From Nitrospirota bacterium (lineage in GTDB: Bacteria > Nitrospirota > Thermodesulfovibrionia > Thermodesulfovibrionales > Dissulfurispiraceae): a stretch of DNA of 64,000 bases. Shown here in pieces: positions 29,135 through 41,016 of the stretch; position 1 is the first letter of the stretch, and each line of letters starts with the position of its first letter. The stretch spans positions 1,632,001-1,696,000 of the forward strand of contig CAWBMP010000004.1 of NCBI GenBank assembly GCA_963790025.1, in the 5' to 3' direction. The translations under genes were made by a program, and so were the position numbers. The notes below the pieces were generated by a model. That model searched no databases and was not told where the DNA came from. It worked only from the letters and a program-made list of their open reading frames with translations.

Positions 29135-30313
29135 ATGAAAATGTGCAGCGATATCGAACAGGCAGGACATAGTGTTTCAGCTGACTTTGCAAAAATTGTC
29201 GGCTTTGCGATATGTCTGGGTTTGTTTCTCCTGGTCGGGTGTCAGGCAAAAAAACCCGCGCCTCCTCCTCCGCCCAAAGTTACGGTAAAACAGCCGGAGC
29301 AGCGGACAGTGACCGACTCTCTCGAACTCACCGGAAATACCCAAGCCATTAATACCGTGCAACTGGTCGCGAGGGTACCGGGTTATCTTGAAAAGGTCTT
29401 TTTTCAAGACGGGCAAACGGTCAAAAAAGGCCAAACACTTTTTCTCATCCAGCAAAATACATATGAAGCCAGGCTTCAGCAGGCAGAGGGACAAATATTG
29501 ACTCAAGAGGCCCAGTTGGAATATGCCGGTAACCAGTTTGTCCGCTATTCCGCACTGTTGCCGGAAAAGGCCGCAGCACAATCCGATGTGGACAACTGGA
29601 AGTACCAGCGGGACGCTGCCCAGGCCAACCTGAAAACAGCGGTAGCGCAACGGGACCTTGCCAGACTCGATCTTGGGTATACGAAGGTTGCCGCCCCGTT
29701 TGACGGCCGTATCGACCGAAGACTGCAGGACCCGGGGAACTTTGTGGGCACAGACAACAACAACTCTGTTCTGGCACAATTCAACCAAATCGACCCGATC
29801 TATGTCTATTTCACTATCAGCGATACTGATTTGGCCCGACTGGTAAAGAGCGCGCACGGTATTCCGGGACGTGACAGTTCCAGGAAGTGGCCGGTATTTA
29901 TCGGGTTGAATGATGAAAAAGACTATCCGCATCAGGGCACCCTCGATTTTGCTTCGATCAGCCTTGCACCGACCAGCGGCACTCTCCTGATGAGGGGAGT
30001 TTTTTCAAATCCGTCCGGCAGGATCCTGCCGGGCCTGTTTGCCAGGGTACAGGTGCCCCTGGAGAAAAAAGCCGCATTCCTGTTGCCTGAAGCTGCCCTT
30101 GGTAATGATCAGCAGGGCGATTATGTGCTGGTTGTAAACGAAAAGCATACTGTGGAACGGCACCCGGTTAAAACCGGCCCCCCGATAGGTAGTCTGCGTG
30201 TCATCGAACAGGGCCTTAACGGAAGAGAGTGGGTCATTACCAGTGGGGTATTAAAAGCTGGGCCGGGACGCCAGGTCACTCCTGTGGTTGAGGACGGGTC
30301 AGAGAAAAAATGA
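29135..30313 (+). CDS. RND efflux periplasmic adaptor (membrane fusion protein)
   Basis: Lipobox LVGC, ARVPGYL, VKKGQTLF, YTKVAAPFDGRI, LPGLFARV. Confidence 0.95.
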   Translation: MKMCSDIEQAGHSVSADFAKIVGFAICLGLFLLVGCQAKKPAPPPPPKVTVKQPEQRTVTDSLELTGNTQAINTVQLVARVPGYLEKVFFQDGQTVKKGQTLFLIQQNTYEARLQQAEGQILTQEAQLEYAGNQFVRYSALLPEKAAAQSDVDNWKYQRDAAQANLKTAVAQRDLARLDLGYTKVAAPFDGRIDRRLQDPGNFVGTDNNNSVLAQFNQIDPIYVYFTISDTDLARLVKSAHGIPGRDSSRKWPVFIGLNDEKDYPHQGTLDFASISLAPTSGTLLMRGVFSNPSGRILPGLFARVQVPLEKKAAFLLPEAALGNDQQGDYVLVVNEKHTVERHPVKTGPPIGSLRVIEQGLNGREWVITSGVLKAGPGRQVTPVVEDGSEKK

Positions 30314-33300
30314 TCTCCAAGTTCTTTATAGAGCGGCCCATTTTTGCAAATGTTATCGCAGTGATCACAATAGTGATCGGGCTTGTGTTCCTGAGCGGCC
30401 TTCCTGTTGCTCAATATCCACAGATCGTTCCGCCAACGATCCAGGTCACCACGCGGTATCCCGGTGCGAGCGCCGAAGTCGTCGCGCAAACGATTGGGGT
30501 GCCTATAGAACAAGCCGTCAACGGCGTCGAAGGGTCCCTCTATATGTCGTCTACCAGCGGCAGCGACGGCAGTTACTCCCTGACTATAACCTTTGATGTA
30601 GGGACCGACCTGAATAAGTCGATAGCCCTGGTCCAAAATCTCGTAAACAGTTCCCTCGCCCAATTGCCCGGGTCAGTTGGGCAACAAGGCGTCACTGTCA
30701 AGAAAATCTCTCCTAATATATTGCTGGTTGTAAGCCTATATTCCGACGACGAACGGTTCGACGAAGTTTTTCTCTCCAACTACGGTCTTATCAATATTCA
30801 AAACCCTCTGGCGCGTCTTCCGGGAATAGCCCAGGTGAGGATCTTCGGCGCAGGTCCTTACAGCATGAGGGTCTGGCTGGACCCTAAAAGACTCCAGAGT
30901 TTCGGCCTTACTCCAGCCGATGTCCTCACCGCTATCCAGGGCCAGAATGTCCAGGTAGTCTCCGGACAGCTTGGGGCCCCGCCGGTACCGAATGATCAAC
31001 CGTTGCAGTTAACTGTCACGGCCCTTGGCCGCTTATCGGATGAGAGCCAATTTGAAAATATAATTGTAAAAGCCACTACCGGAGCAGCGGCGCAGATAGT
31101 GAGGGTCCGCGATATAGGCCGCGTGGATTTGAGCCAGCAGAATTTCAGCAACTATTCCCGGTTTACCGGGCACAAATCGGCCCAGGTAGTTGTTTTTGCA
31201 TTACCGGAAGCTAATGCCATATCTGTCGCCGACACCGTCTATGCGGCCATGGCTGACATGAGCAAGACATTTCCCGAAGGCCTCAAATATGGCATAAGGT
31301 ACGATACCACCAGATTTGTCCGCGAGGCCATTTCAAAGGTATATGAGACACTTATCATAGCAGGCGTCCTCGTGCTGATCGTGATCCTCGTATTCCTGCA
31401 AAATTTCAGGGCCACATTGGTTCCGGCAACGACTGTTCCGGTAACTATTATCGGCGCTTTCATTGCGATAGCCGCCCTCGGCTTCACTATAAACCTGATG
31501 ACCCTGTTTGCCCTGGTCCTTTCTATCGGCATAGTTGTGGATGATGCCATTGTCATTGTAGAGAACAGTTCCTACCATATCGAAAAGGGAATGCCGCCCA
31601 AAGAAGCAACGATAAAAGCCATGAATGAGCTGACAGGACCTGTAATGGGCATAACCCTGGCCCTCGTTGCGGTCTTCCTGCCGGCCGCCTTCCTGCCGGG
31701 CATCACCGGGCAGCTATTCCGGCAGTTCGCCCTTGTTATAGCCGCCACCTCTGTTATCAGCGCCATGAATGCGCTTACGTTAAAACCTGTGCAGTGCGCT
31801 TACTGGCTGAGACCCCGCGGCGACAAACCTCCGAACTGGTTTTATCGGGGATTCAACAAGGGATTTCAGTCCGTGACGAACGTCTATATTGGGGCCGTTA
31901 CCAGAATGGTGAAAAGGCCACTCCTGTTCATTGTCATATTCGCCGTTATTATTAATGTTACATTTTTTGTTTTTATAAGCCGTCCGACAGGGTTTCTTCC
32001 AACCGAAGACCAGGGTTATGGCATTATAGTGTCCCACTTGCCGGAAGGAGCGTCGCAGCCACGGTCGCAGGAAGTTGCCTATAAAATTAATGATATCCTG
32101 AAAAGGACTGCCGGAGTTGATTTCTGGGTGCATATAGGAGGTTTGTCGATTCTGGACAACGCCAATGTCTCTAATGTTTCCACGACATTTGTTGTTTACA
32201 AGGACTGGAAAGACCGCGGCACTTTATTAAACCAGGACACGATCCTTTTGAACATCAACCGGGAGCTTGCCGGAATTCAGGAAGCGCAGGCTTTTATGTT
32301 GGTCCCGCCGCCGATCCGGGGCTTAGGACAGACCGGCGGCTTCCAAATGATGGTGGAAGACCGCGGTAACGTCGGGCTGAACGAACTCCATAAGGCCACA
32401 AGCGAACTCGTCCGGAGCGGAAATTCCAACCCAGCCATGAAGGGGCTTATCTCGACTTTTATCCTGGGCAGCCCGCAGTTATACCTGAATATCGATCGTA
32501 CCAAAGCGGAGTCGTTTCAGGTCCCGTTGTCTAACGTACTGGATACCCTCCAGGCCTACATGGGATCTTCGTTTGTCAACCTGTTTAACAAATACAACCA
32601 GGTATTTCAGGTTTACATTCAGGCCGACAGCCGCTACCGCTTGCGGCCGCGGGACATAAAGAACCTGTATGTCCGCAATCTGAAAGGGGACATGGTGCCT
32701 CTTGGAAGCTTGCTGGATGTCAGGCAGGTACAGGGCCCTGAGTTGATCACCCGCTATAACCTTTATCCTGCGGCGCCCATTTTTGGGTCAGCCGCGCCCG
32801 GTTTCAGCTCCGGCCAGGCCCTCAATATTATGGAACAGATGGCTGGCCAACAATTGCCGGAGGGAATAGCTTATGACTGGACATCCACAAGTTACCAGGA
32901 AAAAAAGGTGGGCTCACAGGCATATTTCATATACGCCCTTTCCATTTTCCTGGTCTATATGGTACTGGCCGCTTTATATGAGAGCTGGACCTCGCCTGCG
33001 GCAGTTATCATGGTTGTACCTATAGCTCTTGTCGGGGTCCTTCTGGCCACTATGGTCAGGGGCTATGATAACAACCTGTATACACAGGTGGGATTAATAC
33101 TGATGATAGCCCTTGCGAGCAAGAACGCGATTCTCATTGTGGAATTTGCCCGCGATCTGCACCATGAAGGCATGAGTATAGAGGAAGCCGCGATCGAAGC
33201 GACCCATCGCAGGTTCCGGCCCATAGTTATGACTTCTTTTGCCTTTATTCTTGGAGTAGTGCCACTTGTGGTTGCTTTCGGGGCCGGTTCAGCAGGCCAG

Positions 33301-33438
33301 CGAGCAATAGGAACTGTTGTTTTCGGAGGCATGTTATCGTCTACGCTTCTGGCCATTCCATTTGTTCCGGTATTTTATGTTGCCCTCGAACGCCTGAGCG
33401 AACGGGTGAAAAAAAGGAAGACAGGAAATATCGTATAA
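30310..33438 (+). CDS. RND efflux permease, HAE1/AcrB family
   Basis: MISKFFIERPIFANV, IGIVVDDAIVIVEN, ASKNAILIVEFA, RFRPIVMTSFAF; 1042 aa. Confidence 0.97.
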   Translation: MISKFFIERPIFANVIAVITIVIGLVFLSGLPVAQYPQIVPPTIQVTTRYPGASAEVVAQTIGVPIEQAVNGVEGSLYMSSTSGSDGSYSLTITFDVGTDLNKSIALVQNLVNSSLAQLPGSVGQQGVTVKKISPNILLVVSLYSDDERFDEVFLSNYGLINIQNPLARLPGIAQVRIFGAGPYSMRVWLDPKRLQSFGLTPADVLTAIQGQNVQVVSGQLGAPPVPNDQPLQLTVTALGRLSDESQFENIIVKATTGAAAQIVRVRDIGRVDLSQQNFSNYSRFTGHKSAQVVVFALPEANAISVADTVYAAMADMSKTFPEGLKYGIRYDTTRFVREAISKVYETLIIAGVLVLIVILVFLQNFRATLVPATTVPVTIIGAFIAIAALGFTINLMTLFALVLSIGIVVDDAIVIVENSSYHIEKGMPPKEATIKAMNELTGPVMGITLALVAVFLPAAFLPGITGQLFRQFALVIAATSVISAMNALTLKPVQCAYWLRPRGDKPPNWFYRGFNKGFQSVTNVYIGAVTRMVKRPLLFIVIFAVIINVTFFVFISRPTGFLPTEDQGYGIIVSHLPEGASQPRSQEVAYKINDILKRTAGVDFWVHIGGLSILDNANVSNVSTTFVVYKDWKDRGTLLNQDTILLNINRELAGIQEAQAFMLVPPPIRGLGQTGGFQMMVEDRGNVGLNELHKATSELVRSGNSNPAMKGLISTFILGSPQLYLNIDRTKAESFQVPLSNVLDTLQAYMGSSFVNLFNKYNQVFQVYIQADSRYRLRPRDIKNLYVRNLKGDMVPLGSLLDVRQVQGPELITRYNLYPAAPIFGSAAPGFSSGQALNIMEQMAGQQLPEGIAYDWTSTSYQEKKVGSQAYFIYALSIFLVYMVLAALYESWTSPAAVIMVVPIALVGVLLATMVRGYDNNLYTQVGLILMIALASKNAILIVEFARDLHHEGMSIEEAAIEATHRRFRPIVMTSFAFILGVVPLVVAFGAGSAGQRAIGTVVFGGMLSSTLLAIPFVPVFYVALERLSERVKKRKTGNIV

Positions 33439-33479
33439 CTTATAATAGAATTCATGTATAAAATAGACGGAGAACAAAT

Positions 33480-35102
33480 ATGAAAGCGTCCGATCTCTTG
33501 GTGAAGTGTCTCGAAAACGAGGGAGTTGACTACATATTCGGTCTGCCGGGGGAAGAAACACTTGACCTTATGGACTCGCTCAGGACCTCCTCTATACGTT
33601 TCATCCTGACCCGTCATGAGCAGGCTGCTGCATTTATGGCAGACGCCTACGGCCGCTTTACCGGCAGGGCAGGCGTTTGCATCTCTACCCTCGGCCCTGG
33701 AGCTACAAATCTTCTGACGGGAGTTGCCGATGCCTACCTCGACAAGTCTCCACTTGTCGCGATAACAGGGCAGGCCGACCTCAAAAGTATCCACAAAGAA
33801 TCACACCAGTACATCAATATTGTGGAGAATTTCGAGAGCGTCACGAAGTGGAACGGCAGGATAGAGTCGCCGGATGTGATCCCTGAAATGGTGCGCAAGG
33901 CCTTCAAAGTTGCAGAGACTGAAAAACCGGGTTCAGTTCATCTGGAGCTGCCCGAGAATGTGGCTGCCATGAAAGTTTATGAAATGTACTCCGACATGAT
34001 TTCACCCATCCGTCCGAGAAGGAGTTCGCCTGACAGGCAGTCTCTTAGAAAGACGGCGGAGCTAGTTGAACAGGCGCGATTTCCGGTCATACTTTCGGGA
34101 CACGGTGTTGTGCGGAAGTCTGCGAGCGACCGGCTCCGGAAATTCGCCGAACTTTTTTGCATACCGGTTGTGACGACTTTTATGGGGAAGGGCGGGATAA
34201 GTACAGAAAGTCCCAGTTGTATCGGCACTCTCGGACTCGTCAATGACAGGCAGATTGCCGATGTTTTTTCAAAGGCTGACCTCATTATTGCCGCCGGCTA
34301 TGACCTTGTTGAGTATGCACCGAAAAACTGGAACCCGAAACGTGATAAAAAGATCGTTCATATCGACTTTACCACGAGTGAAGTAGACCTGTACTATGTG
34401 CCGGAAATAGAGATTATCTCAGACATCCGTGAAACGCTGGAACTGCTTGAAGGCATAATGAGCACAAATAAAAAGAGCGAGTGCCTCATCAGTCTGAGAA
34501 GGGACTTTACCGAGGGCTTCGAGAGGGAAGGCACATTCGACTCGTGGCCTCCACAGCCTCCGCGAATTATTTACGGAATGCGGAAGGTCCTCGACGCGGA
34601 AGATATCCTTGTGTCCGATGTGGGCACCTGCAAGTTGTGGGCTGCAAAATTCTATCCTGTTTACCGGAATAACACGTTTGTTCTTTCTAACGGTTTTGCC
34701 TCCATGGGTTTTGCTCTCCCTACTGCAATAGTGGCAAAACTCATCCACCCGGAACAGCATGTAGTGGCCCTCTGCGGCGACGGCGGCTTCATGATGAATC
34801 TGCAGGACCTTGAGACTGCCTGCAGGCTGAAACTGAATGTTGTCGTTGTTATCTTCAACGATAACGCCTATAACCTTATCAAGTGGAAGTCTGAAAAAAA
34901 ATTCGGAACGTCTTTCGGCGTCAGCTATACGAACCCTGATTTCGTCAGGCTCGCAGAAAGTTTCGGCGCTGTCGGCATAAAACTGAAATCCTCAAATGAA
35001 TTTGAAAAAGTACTAAGGGATGCCCTGTCAAAGAGTGTCCCGGTTATCATCGATGTGCCGATAGATTACAGCAATAACGAAATCATCTATAACCTTCTGT
35101 AA
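33480..35102 (+). CDS. Acetolactate synthase large-subunit family (TPP-dependent)
   Basis: FGLPGEE, TRHEQAAAFMA, TLGPGATN, SNGFASMGFALP, GDGGFMMN; no small subunit adjacent. Confidence 0.92.
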   Translation: MKASDLLVKCLENEGVDYIFGLPGEETLDLMDSLRTSSIRFILTRHEQAAAFMADAYGRFTGRAGVCISTLGPGATNLLTGVADAYLDKSPLVAITGQADLKSIHKESHQYINIVENFESVTKWNGRIESPDVIPEMVRKAFKVAETEKPGSVHLELPENVAAMKVYEMYSDMISPIRPRRSSPDRQSLRKTAELVEQARFPVILSGHGVVRKSASDRLRKFAELFCIPVVTTFMGKGGISTESPSCIGTLGLVNDRQIADVFSKADLIIAAGYDLVEYAPKNWNPKRDKKIVHIDFTTSEVDLYYVPEIEIISDIRETLELLEGIMSTNKKSECLISLRRDFTEGFEREGTFDSWPPQPPRIIYGMRKVLDAEDILVSDVGTCKLWAAKFYPVYRNNTFVLSNGFASMGFALPTAIVAKLIHPEQHVVALCGDGGFMMNLQDLETACRLKLNVVVVIFNDNAYNLIKWKSEKKFGTSFGVSYTNPDFVRLAESFGAVGIKLKSSNEFEKVLRDALSKSVPVIIDVPIDYSNNEIIYNLL

Positions 35103-35246
35103 GCCGAGTCCCTGGCTGTGGAATGCCTTCGGAATAGCCATAATCGGCTTTGCAGTCATAGTCTTTACGAAGACAGACCCGACTTTTGTGATTCTTGGTG
35201 CAGGAGCAGTCGGCTCCTTGCTGTTATGAGGCGTCCGACACTGAGT

Positions 35247-37434
35247 TTAATGAAGCTTACGTTTGAACCTGGCGATCAAATCAAATAACTTGTTCTGAGG
35301 CACAGGCTGCGAAAACAGGAATCCTTGTATGAAATGGAAATCCAGGTCTCTAAAAATGCTGAAGATCTTCCTGGTTTTCAACGCCTTCTATAATCATTTT
35401 CATATCCAGATTGTTCGCAAGATTAAAGACCGATTTCAATATTTCCTGGGCCTGCATGTCCTCTCGTATGTTAAGCGTGAAGGAACGGTCTATTTTCAAT
35501 GCATTTACCGGGAATTTGTGGAGGTAGTTAAGCGAGGAATAGCCTGTGCCGAAATCGTCAAGGTATACCTGCACCCCCATCCCTTTGATGTTGTCCAAAA
35601 CGGAAGATGCCGTCAGTATATTTTCCATAATAGTGCTCTCGGTGACCTCGATCCGCAAGTTTCCTTTGTCAAATCCTGATTCAGAGAGAATGTCAGCAAT
35701 TATCTGCGGGAGCGAATTGTTAAACTGTCTTGCCGACAAATTCACACTTACGTAGAAAGGAGGACCAGAGGAATAAATAGAATTTAACTCCTTGATATCC
35801 ATGCATGCTTTTTTCATTACCAGTATGCCTATATCCCCGATCAGGCCTAACTTTTCAGCTATCGGTATGAAATGTGTCGGCGGTATGTATCCCCTGATTG
35901 GGTGAAGCCATCTGGCAAGAGCTTCAAAACCGGCCACTGTATTTGTCCGGATGTCCACGATCGGTTGATAATGTACAGACATTTCTCCCAGTTTCATAGC
36001 CTTGCGAAGGTCGTTTTCGATACTAACGGCATCAATGACTGCGGCACGCATACTGTCATCGAAAAGCATATACTGGGACTTTCCCTTTTCTTTTGCTATA
36101 TACATGGCTATGTCGGCGTTGCGCAGGAGATCATCGGGCTTGTCCTGAGCGCTGTCTGAAATGGCAATCCCTATGCTGGAGGAGATAAATACTTCATGGT
36201 TTTCCAGATGAAATGTCTCTAAAAGCGATTTATGAATTCTTTTGGCGATCCTGATAGCGTCCTTCGGGCCGCTCACATTATCAAGCAGCACGACAAACTC
36301 GTCACCGCCAAATCTGGATATGGTGTCACCAGGCCTAATAGCGAAATGAAGACGCTTTGTCACAGACAGCAGCAGTTCATCTCCAATCATGTGTCCAAGA
36401 CTGTCATTGATCTTCTTGAAATCATCCAGGTCTATAAAAAGTACGGCAAAAAGCAAGGCCCCTTCCCTTTTCTTATGGTTGTACAGATTTTGAATACGGT
36501 CCCGAAGAAGTATCCGGTTGGGAAGTCCGGTAAGTGCATCATACAAAGCCTGGTGTATGAGTTCATCTTCGAGTTTTTTGCTTTCCGTTATGTCCTGCAT
36601 CGTTTCTATGGCTGCTATCAGGTTTCCTTTGCTGTTGAAAATAGGCGCGGCATCCAAAATAATATACCTTTTTCTGCCCATTATGTTGTTATACCATCCT
36701 TCAGCCTTTATCCCGGTGACATTCAAGGAAGACTTGGAATAATTCTTATATAGCGACGGGAGCTTGTCTTGATCACCGTCAAGAATTATATCTGCCAGGG
36801 TTGGTCTTTTGTGGTCGTAAAAGGGTTGCCACTGTAGGTCTGAACCGAGCATTTCGGCCTCTTCGCGTCCGGTCAGTTTCTCACAGGCCTTATTCCAAAG
36901 TGTAATCTTGTGCGACCTGTCCAAAACGAATGTGGCCATCGGGGAGTTTTGGATCAGGCTCTTCACATAACGCTCCTGATCGCACAGGGCTTCCTCGACC
37001 TTCTTGCGGTCGGAGATATCGTTAAACATCATTATATTTACATCATCAAGTGACGCCATCCTGAACACAATATCACGTAAAGCGCCATCCTTACATGTTA
37101 CTCTCCATTCCTGATTTTCTCTCTTTTTTTTATTTCTTACAGCTTTCTGAGCAGCTGCCTTCCAGCTATCGATGACCTGCTGCCTGTATTCTTTATCAGG
37201 GTAAGCGAGAGGCCACCACTCATCTATGGTTGGAATATCTTCTATTGTATATCCGAACGTTTCTGTGAAGCTGCTGTTAAAATATATAAATTTCCCTTTT
37301 TTGTTTGTTACTGCCATGGCAACAGGATTACGGTCTAACAGACGTTTGAAATTTTTTTCATCCGCCTTCAATGACTCTTCTGTTTTTTTAAGTTCAGACA
37401 TATCCATGAAGGGGACCACAGGCTTTTGCTCCAT
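35247..37434 (-). CDS. PAS-PAS-GGDEF-EAL c-di-GMP enzyme; extreme EAL C-terminus frameshifted near 35350-35362
   Basis: YDALTGLPNR, SRFGGDEF, GFEALARW, EVTES, LDDFGTGYSSL, LKIDRSF, EGVE; RDLDFHFIQGFLFSQPVP continues in another frame to TAA at 35247. Confidence 0.9.
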
Positions 37435-37616
37435 AATGACTCCTGACCTGCTTTACAGGCTGTCACTAACTCCAAGTGACCGGCTGATAGCGAAAACAAC
37501 AATGAGGAAAGAGTATCAAACATCGCTGAAAAAAAGCAATGTCCTTCGGAAAATTTTATTGAGAGCTCACAGATAGTAAAGAATAAATCTTTTTAACCTG
37601 ACCGGTTAGAGTAAAG

Positions 37617-37689
37617 CTCCCGAGGAGGGATTCGAACCCCCGACAGGGTGGTTAACAGCCACCTGCTCTGCCAGCTGAGCTACCCGGGA
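37617..37689 (-). tRNA. tRNA-Asn (GTT), CCA not encoded
   Basis: TCCCGGG/CTCGGGA acceptor stem, GCTC/GAGC D-stem, GGTGG-CTGTTAA-CCACC anticodon arm, GGGGG-TTCGAAT-CCCTC T arm, discriminator G. Confidence 0.97.
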
Positions 37690-37753
37690 AATTGCTATAT
37701 ATCGAACATATTTTATAACAGAATAATTATTAGGTTGTCAAACACGTGAGGCC

Positions 37754-37833
37754 AATGGCTAAAAGAAAAAGGTTAAAGATTAAAGAACAAGATGCAGAGA
37801 TTTTCCTTTATTGACTTAAAGCCTTTCGCCTCA
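37754..37833. repeat. Two-armed heptamer-periodic repeat element
   Basis: AATGGCT-AAAAGAA-AAAGGTT-AAAGATT-AAAGAAC, then a pyrimidine-rich return arm; shares units with 44753-44823. Confidence 0.6.
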
Positions 37834-37834
37834 T

Positions 37835-38293
37835 TTACGATACTTCAATTTTTATTTCTTTCGGCTTCGCCTTCTCCTGTTTTGGAATGACCACTTCAAG
37901 GACACCGTTGCTGAATGCGGCTTTTGCTTTTTCGCTATCGACCTCAACCGGGAGAGCCACGCTCCTGGAAAAGCTGCCGTAGCTAATTTCGCTCATATAG
38001 TATGCTTCAGCCTTTACCTCTTCACCCTTTTTGATCTCTCCCTTGAGGGTGAGCGAGTCTTTTGTAATCGAAAGATCGATGTCCTCTTTTTTTACACCGG
38101 GGAGATCTGCCCGGAACACGATCTCGTTTGTTCTGTCATATAGCTCGATATTGGGAACAATGGGCCCTGCTTCAGCCTTTTCGCCCCATGTTCTCCTTCT
38201 CCTCGGACCCGGAAAAAATTCTTCAAAAAGCCGGTCCATGTCCCTCCTCATTTCTTCAAGCTCTTTTAAAGGCCCCCATTTGACTATTGACAT
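37835..38293 (-). CDS. Small heat-shock protein, Hsp20/alpha-crystallin family
   Basis: ADLPGVKKEDI, YGSFSRSVALP, AAFSNGVLEV..PK; GGAGG RBS before ATG 38293. Confidence 0.95.
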   Translation of the reverse strand: MSIVKWGPLKELEEMRRDMDRLFEEFFPGPRRRRTWGEKAEAGPIVPNIELYDRTNEIVFRADLPGVKKEDIDLSITKDSLTLKGEIKKGEEVKAEAYYMSEISYGSFSRSVALPVEVDSEKAKAAFSNGVLEVVIPKQEKAKPKEIKIEVS

Positions 38294-38339
38294 AGTAACC
38301 TCCTTATTCAAGACTGCGGCATCCTTTGATAAGTCTATT

Positions 38340-40988
38340 TTAACCTATCACTTCGCCTGTTGCCACACTATCAAATGCAATATGACCGCCGGAGTAATCC
38401 ACTTCAACCACATCACCTTCTTTAAAAGTCCTGTCAAGTATTTTGAGCGCCAGCGGATTCAGGATTTCATTCTGTATCGCCCGCTTGAGCGGCCTTGCAC
38501 CGAAAACAGGGTCATAGCCCACATGAGCGATATGTTCTATTGCTTTATCGGTGAGCACAATATCTATCTTTTTATCGAGCAGATACTTTTTCATCCGGTT
38601 AACCTGAATTTCTACAATGCTCTTCAGCAATCTCTCATCGAGCGGGTTAAAGATGATAATATCATCTATCCTGTTAAGGAACTCCGGTCTGAAAAAGGAT
38701 TTCAAGTCATTCATTATCTTGTCCCGCAGGTCCTGCCCGTTTTCGCCGTACCAGTGGGCCGCAGACTTACGGGCCTTCTCCTCCAGTATTTCCTGTATGT
38801 GCGTGCTCCCTATATTGGAAGTCATGATAACAACGGCGTTCCTGAAATCCACTGTCCTTCCATGCCCGTCAGTCAGCCTCCCGTCATCCAGAAGTTGCAG
38901 CAGGAGGTTGAATACTTCAGGATGCGCCTTTTCAACCTCGTCGAAGAGTATTACCGAATACGGCCTTCTCCGCACCGCCTCGGTCAGTTGTCCTCCTTCC
39001 TCATAGCCCACGTAGCCAGGCGGTGCGCCGATTAGCCGCGAGGTGGTATGGCGCTCCTGGTATTCAGACATATCTATCCTGATCACTGCTGCTTCATCAT
39101 CGAAGAGAAATTCGGCAAGTGCCTTTGCCAGTTCAGTTTTCCCCACTCCAGTAGGGCCGAGAAAGAGGAAAGAGCCGATGGGCCTGTTGGGGTCCTGTAT
39201 GCCTGCCCTGGCCCTTCTGATGGCATTCGATACAGCGGTTATCGCCTCGTCCTGGCCCACAACCCTTTTCTTCAGGTTTTCATCCATTTTAATCAATTTC
39301 TGGATCTCGCTTTCGAGCATTCTTGACACCGGCACCCCGGTCCATTTAGAGACGACTTCGGCAATATCTTCCTCATCAACCTCTTCCTTGAGCATCTTTC
39401 TTCTTGCCTGGGTTTCGCCCAGCCTTAAGTTTTCCTCGTCGAGGAGTTTTTGCAGTTGAAGGAGCGTGCCATACCTTAACTCAGCGGCTTTGCCCAGATC
39501 TCCTTCACGCTCGGCCCTCTCCGACTCTATTTTCGTTGTTTCAAGCTGCTCTTTAAGGGACCTGATCTTCTGAATTACTTCTTTCTCGCTTAGCCACTGT
39601 GCTCTGAACACGTCCCTCTTCGATTGAAGTTCGGCCATCTCCTTAGCCAATTTGTCGAGCTTTTCCCTCGCCTGCTGGGAACCGTCGTCCCGCATTAAAG
39701 CCTGTTTTTCGATCTCGAACTGCCTCAATTTTCTTTCGATTTCGTCGAGTTCAGTCGGCATGCTGTCTATTTCCATTCTTAACTTAGCCGCTGATTCATC
39801 GATCAGGTCTATTGCCTTGTCGGGAAGAAACCGGTCGGTTATATACCTGTGCGAAAGGGTCGCAGCTGCAATTAGCGCCGAGTCTTTTATTTTGACGCCG
39901 TGGTGCACCTCATATTTATCTTTTAACCCCCTGAGAATCGAAATAGTATCTTCGACAGAAGGCTCTTTTACATAAACAGGCTGGAACCGCCGCTCCAGAG
40001 CAGGATCTTTTTCTATATACTTCCTGTATTCATTGATCGTTGTGGCGCCGACACAACGCAATTCGCCCCTTGCCAGAGCAGGTTTGAGCATGTTGGAGGC
40101 ATCGACGGAGCCTTCCGCTGAACCTGCTCCGACCAGCGTATGAAGTTCGTCGATGAAGGTTATGATCTTGCCTTCCGCCTGCTCGATTTCTTTTAATACG
40201 GCTTTCAGGCGCTCTTCGAACTCACCCCTGAACTTCGAGCCCGCAACGAGGCTTCCGATATCGAGGGTTATCAATCGTTTGTCTTTCAGGGTTTCCGGCA
40301 CGTCTCCGGCTACAATCCTCTGCGCAAGCCCTTCTGCAATTGCTGTTTTTCCCACTCCAGGGTCGCCTATGAGCACAGGGTTGTTTTTTGTTCTTCTGGA
40401 CAGGACCTGGATAATCCTCCGGATTTCCTCGTCTCTTCCTATAACAGGGTCCAGCTTTCCCTTTCGCGCAAGATCGGTCAGGTCTTTACCGTACCGGGTC
40501 AGGGCCTGATATTTTTCCTCCGGATTGGGGTCTGTTACACGGTGGACGCCGCGTATTTCGCGCATGGAGCCAAGTATTGCATCAGGTGTTGCGCCGTTCC
40601 GCTTGAGAATCTCAGATCCGGGTCCGTAAGTGGCGGCAATGGCAAGCAGCAGGTGCTCGACACTGATGAATTCATCGGTCAAATGGGTCGCCTCTTCATC
40701 AGCTTTTTCCAGTACGGTTTTCAAACGTGGCGCAATGTAAATCTGCCCCATTGGGGAAGATCCGGAGACCTTCGGGAAACGGTCTATTTCTTTATCTGTC
40801 TCTTTCCTGATTTCTGGAATATCAGCACCGAGCCGCCTCAGTATTTGAAACGTGATACCGTCTTCATCACTCAGGAGCGCAAGCAGCAGATGCTCCACAT
40901 CGATCTGCTGATTACCCCTTTTCTCGGCGATGCCCTGCGCTTCCTGTATAGCTTCCTGGCTTTTAACCGTCAATTTATCCATTCTCAT
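38340..40988 (-). CDS. clpB: ATP-dependent chaperone ClpB
   Basis: Two AAA+ modules ([16 protein letters not shown]), coiled-coil M domain, [16 protein letters not shown]; 882 aa. Confidence 0.98.
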   Translation of the reverse strand: MRMDKLTVKSQEAIQEAQGIAEKRGNQQIDVEHLLLALLSDEDGITFQILRRLGADIPEIRKETDKEIDRFPKVSGSSPMGQIYIAPRLKTVLEKADEEATHLTDEFISVEHLLLAIAATYGPGSEILKRNGATPDAILGSMREIRGVHRVTDPNPEEKYQALTRYGKDLTDLARKGKLDPVIGRDEEIRRIIQVLSRRTKNNPVLIGDPGVGKTAIAEGLAQRIVAGDVPETLKDKRLITLDIGSLVAGSKFRGEFEERLKAVLKEIEQAEGKIITFIDELHTLVGAGSAEGSVDASNMLKPALARGELRCVGATTINEYRKYIEKDPALERRFQPVYVKEPSVEDTISILRGLKDKYEVHHGVKIKDSALIAAATLSHRYITDRFLPDKAIDLIDESAAKLRMEIDSMPTELDEIERKLRQFEIEKQALMRDDGSQQAREKLDKLAKEMAELQSKRDVFRAQWLSEKEVIQKIRSLKEQLETTKIESERAEREGDLGKAAELRYGTLLQLQKLLDEENLRLGETQARRKMLKEEVDEEDIAEVVSKWTGVPVSRMLESEIQKLIKMDENLKKRVVGQDEAITAVSNAIRRARAGIQDPNRPIGSFLFLGPTGVGKTELAKALAEFLFDDEAAVIRIDMSEYQERHTTSRLIGAPPGYVGYEEGGQLTEAVRRRPYSVILFDEVEKAHPEVFNLLLQLLDDGRLTDGHGRTVDFRNAVVIMTSNIGSTHIQEILEEKARKSAAHWYGENGQDLRDKIMNDLKSFFRPEFLNRIDDIIIFNPLDERLLKSIVEIQVNRMKKYLLDKKIDIVLTDKAIEHIAHVGYDPVFGARPLKRAIQNEILNPLALKILDRTFKEGDVVEVDYSGGHIAFDSVATGEVIG

Positions 40989-41016
40989 AATATCTCCCGT
41001 ACGTACAGCGTTTCAT

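Noticed and set aside
38031..39035. 334-aa + strand ORF opposite clpB/hsp20, and the many other antisense ORFs in the track
   Set aside because: Shadow ORFs fully overlapping well-supported genes, with no motifs or RBS
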